64,000 nt of DNA, from NCBI RefSeq assembly GCF_025526975.1, contig NW_026515698.1, forward strand, positions 1-64,000, written 5' to 3'. The notes below the pieces were generated by a model. That model did not search any database, was not told the origin of the DNA, and saw nothing but the letters and a program-made list of their open reading frames with translations. The position numbers were made by a program, and so were the translations under genes. How positions within the stretch are numbered: the stretch's first letter is position 1; each line of letters begins with the position of its first letter. The DNA comes from Fimicolochytrium jonesii. Taxonomy: Eukaryota. Positions 9,848-22,085 of this stretch are shown here, piece by piece.

Positions 9848-10738
9848 TCACAGGCCCTCAAACGTCTGCGACACCCGGGATCGAACCCCATGTTCCAAGA
9901 TATGCACGTTCTTTTCCCAGAACAGTTCCCAAGGCTTCTCGGTTTTGTATATCGCGATCAGCCTGAACTTGACCGTCGTTTTCAGCGCCCAAAACATTGG
10001 CAGGAAAATCAGCCACAGGCACGAGATGACACAGAGGCATCTGACGGCGGTGTTATGGGCAAAGCTCGACAGGCCGCTGGACGAGCGCGCAACAATCGTG
10101 TTGTTGTCGAAAGTAATGACCACGTCGAGGTTATCCCGAAACCCAAGTTCTCTGATGCGCGCACGGGCCAACGCGGTCAGCTGCTCGAGCGGCCAGTCAA
10201 TCTGCTTGACCAGTTTCATCTCCTTTAGCGAGCTGCTGTCGCCCGTGTACATGTTGATTGCAGTTTTGACTGGGATGCATTGACCATTCTTGTCCCTGGC
10301 GCACAAGTATGCCCATTGGCGTGGGATGTAATTGGTCAAGGTGATACTGATATCGAAAACGGTATGGTTCGTCGTAGTGGTGGTGGTTGATGTGCTTGTG
10401 GTCCCGTCAGCGTTTGTTGTGGTGTGGGTCGTGTGGTGCTGAGTGTCGTAATGACCATGGCATCTCATAGTTCCCTTTGGCGGGCTGTTGGTCAAGTGGG
10501 TCAGGAAAAAGCGCCAGAGCTCGTCTTGATCGCTGTCCAGGCGACGGTCGTAGGAGACAACGCCGTGCCCTGAACGCTCAATCTCGGCGGTCGACGGGCC
10601 CGGCACAGCGGGAAGGAGGCCATCCGAGTTGACAACGAACAGTTCTCGTTCCGCTTCCGGTGGGAGTGGAACCGCAACGTAAGTCGGTGGCGAGCCCTTC
10701 GCTGGGGACACTGGAGGGTGCGCTGAAGAGCTGGCCAT
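9848..10738 (-). CDS. Hypothetical membrane protein with Thr-rich loop and C-terminal TM segment
   Basis: Intronless ~296-aa ORF from the ATG at 10738; hydrophobic CLCVISCLWLIFLPMFWAL. Confidence 0.75.
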   Translation of the reverse strand: MASSSAHPPVSPAKGSPPTYVAVPLPPEAERELFVVNSDGLLPAVPGPSTAEIERSGHGVVSYDRRLDSDQDELWRFFLTHLTNSPPKGTMRCHGHYDTQHHTTHTTTNADGTTSTSTTTTTTNHTVFDISITLTNYIPRQWAYLCARDKNGQCIPVKTAINMYTGDSSSLKEMKLVKQIDWPLEQLTALARARIRELGFRDNLDVVITFDNNTIVARSSSGLSSFAHNTAVRCLCVISCLWLIFLPMFWALKTTVKFRLIAIYKTEKPWELFWEKNVHILEHGVRSRVSQTFEGL

Positions 10739-11195
10739 GACGCTGTCGCCCACCACAGTTCAGAACACTATCCGCCACAGAAGTGGTTGCAGTGGGCGAA
10801 AGTCTGAGCGAGTTCGATGGAGGTTGCTCGCTCTAGATCTAGGTTGCTGTCCTCAGTGTCCTCTCGGTGCGCGTCCTACGCGTGTGGTTGTGCGCCGCTT
10901 GGCCGCCGAACGCAACACAACCGTGGCTTGAGCCAGCTGCTCTGAAAAGTCACTACTGTACGGGCTGCCTCTGTATCTACTGTATACTAGGCGTGGGTTG
11001 GGTTAGGTTGGTACAGCATAAGGAAACCGACTGATTGCGGGTGTATTCAGCTGCCCTGCCGCGATCCAGCCTGCCACCTGTTCCACTGAGGACGTCCTTG
11101 CGCATCCCCGCGCATCCGTCGCATCTGTTGCAGCTTGCGCAGGGCAAGCTGTGGGCTTCGGCGTTCTCCGTTGAGAGTAAAATAAATTTCAGGCC

Positions 11196-12311
11196 ATGAC
11201 GGTCCCACCGCCGCTCCCGCCCCGGCGGTCCACAGGCTTTGCACCAAGAGCATCGTCTTCTGGAAGCCCTCCGCCGCCGCCCCCGCGGCCATCGCAGCCG
11301 GCGCAACAACAACACCAGCAAGAGCAGCAGCTGGAGCAATTAAAGTATCAGCAGCTGGAACAGCGATATCAGCTGCTAGAGCAGAAATATCAGCAACTGG
11401 AGCAGAAATATCAGCAGCTGCAGGCGCAACAGCAGCAGCAGCGACAACCGCAACAGCAACCACACGGCACGCCACCGACCCCTCCTCAGCAGGTCCAGCA
11501 GGAGTCTTTTCAGCAAGAGCAAACAGTTCTTGGGACGCAGAATGCGGGTGCCGCGAGCATCACGGCGGTGAAGAACCAACCACCTTTGACGAGTTCCACC
11601 GCCTGGACGGAGCCGCTTTTCTATACCGATGGTCGCGGAACACCGACGTTTGATGCGATGATGAAGGAGTTTTTCAGCAGATTGGACACGCAAGGCACGG
11701 GGTACATCACGCCCGAGCAGTATTCGAGCTTCCTGGACGCAAACGAGTTCTTGACCGAATGGAATGCCTGTAAGAATCTCTTCTGAAAGGCGAAAGGAGA
11801 AAAGCGACGCAGAGACTAAATTTTCGATTTTTCTGCAGGGAAGAAGTGCCTCAAGGCCGATTGGCTCTACACAGCCGAGGACATGGCTGACTACGAGCTG
11901 AAATCCGTCTTCGAAGGCTTCAACTTTGACCACAAAGTCGTCGTCCGCAACGCGGCCAACAAGCAGCTACCCGGGGGCGGAATGCCCTTGCTCAGCCTCG
12001 CTGGGTTCACCGACCACATGGCGCTTGAGTACGCCAGCTCGGCAGACGAGCATCTCCGAGGCCTCAACAGCGCGCTGCTCCACTACGGCGTCTGGCCGGA
12101 GAGGGGACCCATCCCTAGACACGTTCTCCCGCCGTCTTGTCCGCCCCAGCTGCAGAGCCGCATTGATGAAGCTACGCTCAGGTGCACCGCGAATGCAAAG
12201 TCGAAGCTAAACGCGTTGAAGGTGCAGGCTTCGCTGACGGCGATGGGGGAGCAGAACGCTGTGGAGCTCGCGGACAGCCGTCGCTGGGTCACTACTACGA
12301 CGTACTACTAG
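11196..12311 (+). CDS. Pro/Gln-rich protein with EF-hand-like loop; intron 11770-11838
   Basis: PPPLPPR motif, LEQ(K/R)YQ(Q/L) heptad repeats, DTQGTGYITPEQY; the splice joins the two ORFs in frame. Confidence 0.8.
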
Positions 12312-12728
12312 CTTAGGCCGTACTACTAGGGCATGAAGCGTATCTCCTTGACCGTTGACAGTCTACATAGTCTACACTACCTACTGTACATGTATATACA
12401 TACTGCATTACGATAGCTGAATCTTCTTTACCCATCCGTCCCGCGCCTCCTCGAACTGCCTTGTAGGCCTTACGGCTTACATGGATGAGAGTAACCCACG
12501 ACGTCTCGGAGAGAGTACCCTCCGACGTCTCGGATGCAGACGAGTTTGTGTTCATTTACTGAAGACGCCTAGAGCGAATGGTATACAAAAAGAAAAGAAG
12601 GAACCGCAATTGCGAATGCAGTCCAGTCCCGGTCCAGGGGATGACGGAAAACGAAGCAAGGAGAAACAGAACAGAAGACACGCACAGCCATCGATAGCCC
12701 GAATCGGGACGAACAGGGTTGGGGAACA

Positions 12729-14618
12729 CTACCTCAGCAGCTGCACAGTGGCTGCCACGGACGGCGCTCCATTCTGCCCGATTGCAAAAAGGTAATAGTA
12801 GCCGGACATGATGAAGGGGTGGTCCGTAACCCAAACCGCCATAACGTCTCCGGCGGGCGCCCTAGTCTTGACCTGTAGCGGGACTCGGAGTTGATCGTTG
12901 TTGGTCGAGTGGGTGACGGACGCGATCCTGATGAGCTCGTAGGTGCATTTTCCGGAACAGTCTGTCGCTTGCACCGTGAGGTCGGTGCCGAGTTTGTAGA
13001 GTTTGCCGTAAGGTGCGTCCACGCCCGACACGCCGCGGATGACGGGGCGGATCTGGCCCTGGGAGAGGTAGGGAGGGGTGAAGACCTCTCCGTTGAAGTG
13101 AACGTTGGGACTACAAGGTGCTTGACCGGGTACGGTACAGGCCTGTTGTAGGAGAAAGTTTGAGTGTTGAGAGACACATGAGATGGCACCCGTGAAGGCT
13201 GACTTACGTTAGGGAAAGCACCACCACCACCGACCCAGATGGTTCCATATTTCGTCAACAACGCGACGCTGTGGTAGTTCCTCGCCACCTTCATAGGCGC
13301 CAGAACCTGATAACTGTTGGTGGCCGGATTGTAAAGCTCGGGAGCAAGGACGCCATTTGTGTCCTCGAACAGATGCAGGTTGGTCTGTCCCCCGACGATA
13401 AAGATTTGTCCGCCAGGCAATGCGATACTATGAGCGAACGCTCTCGGGTTGACCATGTTGGCAAGTGGCCTCACGAACGGAAGTCCGCCGGTAGGCAACT
13501 TGTCAATCCTGATTTGATATGCCTCCCGCTTTGTAGGAAGTCCGACGCTGCTGGCAAGGTCGCCGTACGCGATAGCGCCTCCGCTCTTGAAAATTCGACT
13601 GGGGGAGTAGTGGACAGCGTTTCCGTTCATGCTGTACGTGTCCGTCCCGCGGGCTCCGATCGGCACCATCGTGTTTCTGTTGGTGTTGATGAGATGCATC
13701 TTTGTCACTGGACCCGCATGGAAGACCATGTCTTCACCGACGTTGTTTTTGTAACTGAAGAGCCAAGCGTGCTGGGAGGGAGAGGATTTGAGCTTGAGAT
13801 AGCAATAGGATGACGCATCAAGATTCACTCACGTTGTCCGACCGGTAGATTCCTTGAGGATCCGGGTTCGGCGAACCATTCTCCATTCCGCCAATTATAT
13901 CGCCTTTCACGGCGGGGAGAACAGTCCATTGGAAGTTGGCGTCCTTTAAGATAAAGAAAGACATGAGTTGGCCCGATATCGCGGGGAACCGACGGCGTGC
14001 GGCGAAGAAAGGTCGGAAACGCACCATAAGTTCACCATCCCTGTTACCTAACCAGTAGTCACCGTACAACCTTGGAAACGAACCCCCGACGGTAAACACT
14101 TTATCCCCGGTCGTGACCACATTAGCCTGGTAGCCTCTCGCAATCTTCATCATGGGAGTGTTCCTGAACGTCTTGGTCCGCGGGTCGAACACGATAGTGG
14201 CGAAAGGTCCCGAACCTCCGTTGACGAGAATTTCTCCATTGGGGAGGTTACTCGTCCCAGGGCAGAACATCTCTGTCGTGAAGGCAACTTGAAGAGCGAT
14301 GGGTCTCCTCCCAAGGAAGTCATCCACGCTGAAGACGGAGTAGTATGTACGGTTTCCGTTTGGGTCCTTGAAATTGTGGATCCACCCGCCGGGGGCGTTG
14401 CCGCTCCACATGAGGAGTTCGCCTGTAGGACTAACGGCGCCTGAGATTGGAGAGAGGGGAAGGGGGATCACATCGGACCAGACTCCGTCAGCCTACGAAA
14501 ACAGGAAGTGAGTAAAGAGCGGGATGCCTTCAGACAGACATTATGCGAGACTTACGGGAGCGGCGGACACGAGACCGGCGAAGGTCCATAGAGAGAGGAG
14601 TACGGACTTGATCTTCAT
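12729..14618 (-). CDS. Secreted copper radical oxidase, AA5_2 (galactose/alcohol oxidase type) without CBM32; 4 predicted introns
   Basis: Signal peptide MKIKSVLLSLWTFAGLVSA; MFCPG (Cys), RGYQ (Tyr), RNYHS (Tyr-His), VTHS (His); FTPPYL and a C-terminal Ig-like domain. Confidence 0.92.
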
Positions 14619-15874
14619 GACGATGCGACGATGTTGATTGTTCGGCGAAGGGACAGTCCTGGATGTCGAGGACCTTGAAGCCTTCCCCTGCTTTATATAC
14701 CCGTCACCGGTTGATGCGATGACCGGCCGCAATCCTGGGGCCCGGCGTGTCGGCGATTCGGCGCCACGCTACCTTCCGGCCTGCGCGCATGCCAACGAGA
14801 TCTCTATGCTGAAAAAGTGTACGAAAGCTAGGCACCAGCGCAGGCAAGTCGCTGCGTTCCGGCACCACCGTTGGGAAGAGATACAAACGCGATTGGCGAT
14901 CAAGAAAGGAGAAGCCATAAAACGAAAGCGAAAACGAAAACGAGGAAGATAGTCTCCTTTTTCGTCTCAAGCCTCCGTCATTTGTCTCTCGGGTTTGGGT
15001 CGGCACGGTGTACTAGGCCAGCGCACGTCCTCCGAAGGCGCATGATTACAAACGCTGGAGGTACTGTACGCTGCTCGTAGACGGAGGCCTCGAATCGGGA
15101 GCGATTGGACCGCATGGTCGAGAAAACTTGAATCCAGGCTTTTCAATTATACTAAGGCGGTGGTTTGGTGGAACGGACTTCCACGACGGCGCTTGGTGTA
15201 GATCGATGGGCAAGCGGCGAAACACTATTCCTACAGTACGTAACATCCTCCTTCCCAGTCCATCTCTCACGCTACGCACATCAGCGAGACGCGTTTGGAG
15301 CTCGTTTGCGACCATGCCGGCTATCGGGCCTTCTCTTGATAGATAGTAGTTTTAGTGATCACGGATTCACGGAAAACGTTTACGCAACGTTGAAATCACA
15401 AGTGAGGCTTGATCGTCGAAAATCTGAGCAAACTTTCCGAGAAGCAGCTGCAGATCATGCTGGTTATTCCATCTCCGAGTCCATGGTTGTTCCGAACTTG
15501 CGGATGTTTTTCGTGCCCGCCACTTAGGACCACTACTACTAGAAACTTTTAAGTAGGAGTGGCACAAATGAGAAATGCGTCAACAAAGCTGAAAGCCACG
15601 ATGATGGTTGCAAGTTTGCGGTCGACGATCTGCGAAAGCCCCGGACGATATTGCACATGCTATTCGAACATGCGCATCACGTGACGGCCAAGCGAAACTG
15701 TATGTATAGAAATGGTAGATATGTTTATTGATCTAGCGGCGGCCGGGTGGCAGGAAGGGGAGCTGGGAATGAGCGAAGTACGATAGGAAAGCCGCACGGA
15801 CGTAAAGGGGCTGAGGCTAAATCAGAAGTGAAACTCTCACAGGCTTCGCTATTCCTCCAAACAGTGTCAAGGCC

Positions 15875-17265
15875 CTAATTTCGTACAGCACGAACTATAT
15901 CTCCCCAATCCGGACGATGCTCAAGATCATCATCAAAGGACGTGTGCTTGAAGTGAAGCTGAGCATCTCCGTAAACACTTGAGATAAATGCGGAGTCGGT
16001 CACAACGTCGCCAATGTGCTCACTCGTTGGAAGACTCTCAGGGTGGTACTCGGTGGCAGGGTTGTATGGCTGGAGAGGCTCAGGAATCGCCCAAATGTGA
16101 TAGAGCACCGTTCCCTGCTGGATGACTTCAAATGAGAAGCGAAGTTGGCGGACGCGGTCTCGGGAGTCTGCAAGCGCAAAGGAAAACGCATAAGTCCTTC
16201 ATCCTGCATCCTCTGTGATGAGAACAGAAGCCCACCACCCGATGGGCTTTTCCAAGGCGTACCATTTGCGGTGGATTTGCCTTGATCTCCGCGCTGGGGA
16301 CAAGCCAGACTTGGAACGGGCCTTTCGGGTTGGACACAACTTGTCCGTTCGCCGTGAAAGTGGCCATACCGGAGGTGCCGGTCATTTCCTGCATTTGTAG
16401 ATATGTCAGCTTCAGTCAAGATAGGCACCTCGTTTCCGGGTGACTTACCGAGTAGTGCCTCACGCGCTGATTCAACTGTCGATGTTCAAGGGTGGAAGTC
16501 AGCAAAAGTCTCAACAAATGTACAATGCCGTCTGACAGACCTTCTTGGCAACCTTGGTGCTCAAGTCTTTGGGTGGCCCCAGATGGTTGCTCAGCGGATT
16601 CATGAAGTAGTTCCAGCTTCCTTTCTGACCGTCCAAGGTGTAAATAAAGAACAGGTTTGCTGAGGGGGATCCATCTCTCAGGAGTTTCAAGCTGCCGCCG
16701 GGGGCGATCAAGACATCATCTGCTTTCAGGCTCTTGGGAGGTTCAGAGACGGTGGTGAGCCGTAGAATGCCCCGGCCGTCCACTTTCCAGAATCCCGTGT
16801 AATTGTGGATTGACGGGTAACTCTCAAAGCAGACGCGGCTGTGAGCGCCACGGCTTGTGACAAGAAGTTGTTACGTGGTGTCAGTTCGTTAATGGTCAAA
16901 GGGTCCAACATCTGATATCAATCACTTGGAGTCCCTTACTTGCGAATGAACTTCTTCCTTCCCGGGATCATCTCAATGTTCCGATGTCCAAATGGTGGCC
17001 GCGGCGGAAGCGTCACAAGCAGCGCTCCCATATCAATGTCTGAGTTCCAGGCCTGTGAGGAGTTGGCCGACGCTGAGAGCTTCTCCCACAGCAGTTCTTC
17101 TTTTCGCACAGCGCTGAAAGTTTCGTAATCGGCCGGCAATGGTGGGAACGCGGGCTTGGGATTCAGCGAAAGGCTTGAGGCGCTTCGGTTGTTGGCATTG
17201 CTACGGGGCGCTGCCGAGGCTGCGTTCCCCGATAATACGAGCCATAGAACGGGGATGATGCGCAT
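15875..17265 (-). CDS. Secreted catalase-like (catalase-fold) protein, multi-exon
   Basis: Signal peptide; GRKKFI, YTGFW, GILRL, APGGSLKLLRDGSPSAN, WNYF..PLSNH and GDAQLHFKH resemble short catalase-related heme proteins. Confidence 0.7.
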
Positions 17266-17810
17266 ACCAGCTTGTAGAGACTGCTCAAACTGAGACTTTA
17301 CGAGAATGGAACAAATCTGACCTCCTGCTCTTCCTTTTTGCCCTCCCCCCTTTTATGGCGGACAGCGTTTGCCCCTCGAAAAGTGAGCCGTTGTCGGCCC
17401 CGGCATGGAGGCATTCTGGACTACAGGGAGTGTGTCTTACGACAGCATGAGGGCTTGAGACATGGGCGCCGGCTCGCGTAATTTGGCACAGTCCGCATGT
17501 ACATATGTAGGAGGTTCAACCATTTTTCAGAAGCGCATGAAATATCCATAGTGGCACAAGGTCAAGGAACCTACTACCACGAAAAAATCGAGCCAAAGTG
17601 GTACATAGATCATAATAAAGTTGCTAACAACGGGTCACAAGCCCTTCCACATGCCTCGGAGCCTATTTTGAAAGTAATCCTTGGAGCGCTCATTATTGTC
17701 TCAATACGAAGAAGCCATTTAGGGCAGTCACAATCTTTGCTGATGGATACTACAAGACTCATTATCGTCTCAATAGAAGAAGTGGTTTAGGGCAGTCACA
17801 ATCTTCGCTG

Positions 17811-18097
17811 GATGGATACCGTAATATATTCCAAGATCAAGCAATGATCTCCACGTGGGCTGGTAGACGTATGTTATTATGCGGGCCGAGTCGGGACAGA
17901 CACAGCAGTGGAGCCTATGGGTGTTTTCTGATACCGACAAGGTCCACTCACGATCTTTTCTGGATGGATACCGTAAGATATTCCAAGATCAAGCGATGAT
18001 CTCCACGTGGGCTGGCAGATGTATGTTATTATGCAGGCTGAGTCGGGACAGACACAGCAGTGGAGCCTATGGGCGTTTTCTGATATCCACAAGGTCC
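17811..18097. repeat. 152-bp-period tandem duplication in a divergent intergenic region
   Basis: gatggataccgtaa.atattccaagatcaagc starts at 17811 and 17963. Confidence 0.9.
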
Positions 18098-19044
18098 TTG
18101 AGGTACCTCGACGGGGCCGTATGAAGACGGTGAAAGTGAAAGCGCATCAATTGGGGGCGGACTCACGCGTAACCTGTCAAATTGTGCTGCGTTTTGACAT
18201 TGCACTGACGGGCACGTGAGGATAAGGGCCTCGCACAGGAACAATCAACTCTGTGGAGATACTTCGGCGGTGGGCGTCGGCATGCCCATGTGCGGTTTGG
18301 AGATGTCCGCTTCACATGAATTTTAGGTTTAGAGATATCCGGCCACCCACATGACATGTAGCTCTAGCTCTGCGTACACGTACGACATGAAGCCGCATGA
18401 TTTTCTGACATGTGGGTCTGGGAACAAGACTCTTTCTTCTGCCTGAGGCATGCAGGCGGCTCACTTTCTTCGATGAATCAAAGACCTTGCTAACCCAACT
18501 CAGCAGGACAAGCCAGCGGCAGGTTGCCCTGTAATACATCGTTCACCAAGCGCCGGCGTTATCCGATCTCCAACTCGATGGGATCGCAAGCCGCTGGATC
18601 CGACCCATGGCGTTACAGAGAAAACGCCCGACGAGGTGTGCACAATTTGTTGTGGAGAAAGCTAAAACGCTTCTCCAGGATGCCACCGCATTCCACCAAT
18701 AGACGCATCGAAGAGAAGCGAGATGGATGGGTCAAAGCAGGGCAAATCCATGGACATCATGGGCTTCTCGCCCACATCTTTGCTTCTTGGGGATGTCAGG
18801 GGTATCATATGCCATGTGAGCTATTCTCATAGAGATCGGTTGGAGCTTCGGGTCCGGTAGAGCAGGTGGCCTCGTCGTTGAATCAGATCCAGCATATAAA
18901 TGGCTCGAGGGGTGGCTGGCAAGTCGGCTCAATCCCATCAGCTGGCGGAAGTCGACAAGTGCGTCAAGAAGACATCGATACATCCCGAAACAAAGGCTGG
19001 AATTTTCAGTCCCATTCGCTCCGCCTGGCTCTTTTCTCGCTGGG

Positions 19045-21269
19045 ATGCCTGTCATCGCATTCGCTCGCGCAGTGGCTGCGGCCCTCGGAAGGTAACATTT
19101 GATTGCCTGTCCATGGACGTCATATTTTCATTGTCGGCATTCTCACCACTTCCTCAACATCACTTCCTCCACATCACATCTCCAGCCGATGGTGGCAGAA
19201 GGGTATGCTAGCCGGACTCATCTACCTGTCTGCCACCCGTGACAGCATGGAGAAGAACAACCTTCACGACTCCTACACGGCCGTTGACTATCCACAAGCC
19301 AACTGCAGCAGTGCGGCGCGATTCGCCCGCTCACTGGATGGAACCTGTAATGATCTACAGAAACCAGCAATGGGATCTGTGGGTTATAGATTCGGGCGCA
19401 ACGTTCGGCTCGAGAATGTCCCGCAAGGCAATGTGGGATTATTCGAACCCAACCCGAGGCAGATTGGACAGAAACTTTTGCTACGAGATACATTCAAGCC
19501 GGCTACTTCAATTAACCTGTTCGTCCTGGCATGGATCCAGTTTCAAGTCCATGACTGGATGGTACGGTCGTAGGGCATCAATTTGGCGTCCAGCATTGGA
19601 ATCCATTGCTTATCATCTTTTCCACTAGGATCACGAACGAGCATGGGGTTCTCCGGTGAATGTACCCCTCCCTGAAGGTGACCCGCTCGAAGGCACCGGA
19701 CAGAGGATTTATCTTCCTCGATCCGTAGCCGATCCTGACATGAAGACTCCGGGTCGACCGAAAGCTTTCAAGAACCAGGTGACTCACTGGTGGGATATGA
19801 GCCAGATCTATGGGACTACCGCGGAGATCAACCGCCGAATACGGGGAACCGACGGAAAACTGAAGGTTGACGCCGACGGTCTACTGCCATTGGATTCTGA
19901 TGGGATGGAAGTAACCGGCTTCAAGGACAACTGGTGAGGAACATTAATCGCTTCGCAGTGTGCCCCCGATGATTGACTGACGTCTCATTGGATGTTTGCA
20001 GGTGGAGTGGGCTTGCTTTGTTGCACACGATCTGGACGCGGGAGCACAACAGTATTTGCGACATGTTCAAAGCCAAACATCCCGAGTGGACGGACCAGAA
20101 ACTCTTCGATATGGCACGTTTGGTCACTACCGCGATCAATGCCAAGATACACACTGTGGAATGGACGCCCGGAATCCTTCAAAACGAGATCCTGAGGACT
20201 GCGATGCAAACCAACTGGGACGGCATCCTACCGGATCTGTTGGATAATTGGCCTGGCGGGCCTATTCTGACCGGTATCGTTGGCGGGAAGAAGGACCTGA
20301 AAGGAGTGGTATGCTAATCATCAGTACACCTGTGAGTGGCGCGCAAGCATGAGGCTCTAGCACTAATTGAACCTTTCTTCCCGTGCAGCCTTTCTCACTG
20401 ACGGAAGAGTTCACCGCCGTGTACCGTCTACATTCTTTGCTACCGGATACCATTGAGATTTGGGATGCGCAATCCAAGAAGTTGTCTGGTCGTGTGTACG
20501 AGTTGCCGTCCATCACTTTCAAAGGAAGCCGCCGAATGATCGCCGAAAATAAGCTGGCCGATGTTGTTTACACGTTTGGGACAGCCAATCCCGGTGCTCT
20601 TACGCTCAATAACTACCCGGTGAGTGAACAAACGCAGATGAAAGTAGTAACTTTCGGATGTTGACAAAGCCATGGATTGTAAATTTCCTTCCCTCAGGCG
20701 TGGTTGATGAATCTTACCAAGCCAAATGAACCCCATGTCGTCGATATGGCGACCACCGAAATCTACCGCGATCGCGAGCGTGGAATACCCCGGTACTTGC
20801 AATGTAAGAAAATAGCTTGAAAGCCAATAGCTCTTTCCGGACGGGAACTAACGTCTCGAATTATCTCGATTTTTTGATGGTCCCAGTCCGTCGCGAGATC
20901 GGGCTCAAACCAGACTTCAAGACCTTCGCGGACATTAACCCGGACAAGAAGGTCCAAGCCCTCCTGCAGTCCGTTTACCGAGTTCCCGAAGACGTGGACC
21001 TTCTTGTCGGCACACTGGCAGAGGAACCGAGACCAGACGGTTACGGGTTCGGTGACACCGCATTTCACATCTTTATCCTCATGGCTTCCCGCCGATTGTT
21101 CACGGATCGTTTCTTGACTGACGACTACAAGCCCGAGATATACACCGCAGAGGGGATCAAGTACATCGAGACACAGGGCAACTTCAAGGGGCTGATCTCA
21201 CGGCACTTCCCAGAGCTGGCCTCTGCTGTGAACTCCGTTGACAACCCTTTCAAGCCGTGGAAGCTTTAG
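19045..21269 (+). CDS. Alpha-dioxygenase-like heme peroxidase (peroxidase-cyclooxygenase superfamily); ~6 introns
   Basis: RSLDGTCND, WIQFQVHDW, THWWD.SQIYG, AKIHTVEWTP, EEFTAVYRLHSLLPD (catalytic Tyr and proximal His), RDRERG.PRY, FILMASRRL..DRF. Confidence 0.92.
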
Positions 21270-22085
21270 CGTAGCACATTCTTGGACGGAGACTTCCGCA
21301 GAGTAGTATAGCAGATTTCTTGACCTTTTGACCGATTCGCGGGTCGCATAGGCATTGTGAAACTGATTACCTAGCACTTTGTCCATCAAATTGTCTTTCC
21401 CTTTCTGAGATGTCTTCCCACGTGCATAGTGGGAATATAATGGATCGTCTCAATAATGCATCAAAAGCACAAATCCTGATGGGAGTCGTCTCTTTTCTTT
21501 TGAGTCCCTCCCCGGTTGACGCGTCGAGGCCGTTGTGCTTCCAACATCGTACCGGGTCTCCCGAAATCCACAATCCAGAACCCGGCGGACCTATCTTCAG
21601 CTCTTCCGTGGTGTATCTCCTGAGTTTCTCCTGCCTCGCCGTTCTAACGCCTCCTTCTTCGTTTTGTGGAATATGAACGCCGGAATATTGAAGCCGTTGG
21701 CTCCGGCCGACAAACCGACTTGGCCCCCCGTTTGGCGCCACAGCGGTAGCCCGAGTTCAATCGAGCGTTGATATCTCGAGAGACGTTTGCGGTGGCAGCG
21801 CTTGAAACGAGATGGATTGGATGCGTTTGACTCCTATTATTCATTTCTGTTTCAGAAATTGTTGTAGTTCCCGTTCTTTTTGTGTTTTCATCGTTCGTGG
21901 GCCTGCTATAGACCCTTTGTGTGAAAGCAATTGAATTAACGGATGGCGTTGTATCTACCTACATATCTCCAGTTATGTTATCAAATAACACCTCGGCTAG
22001 TGAACAAGAGTAGTATCTACAGCAGATGCAATTTGAGCTTTGTTGTGATGATGAACAGCAAACACGCCCTACGCTACGAGCTACA

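Noticed and set aside
18866..19102. Signal-peptide-like exon for the dioxygenase (LRLALFSLGCLSSHSLA)
   Set aside because: No ATG in that frame after the TATA box and wrong splice phase; the ATG at 19045 fits.
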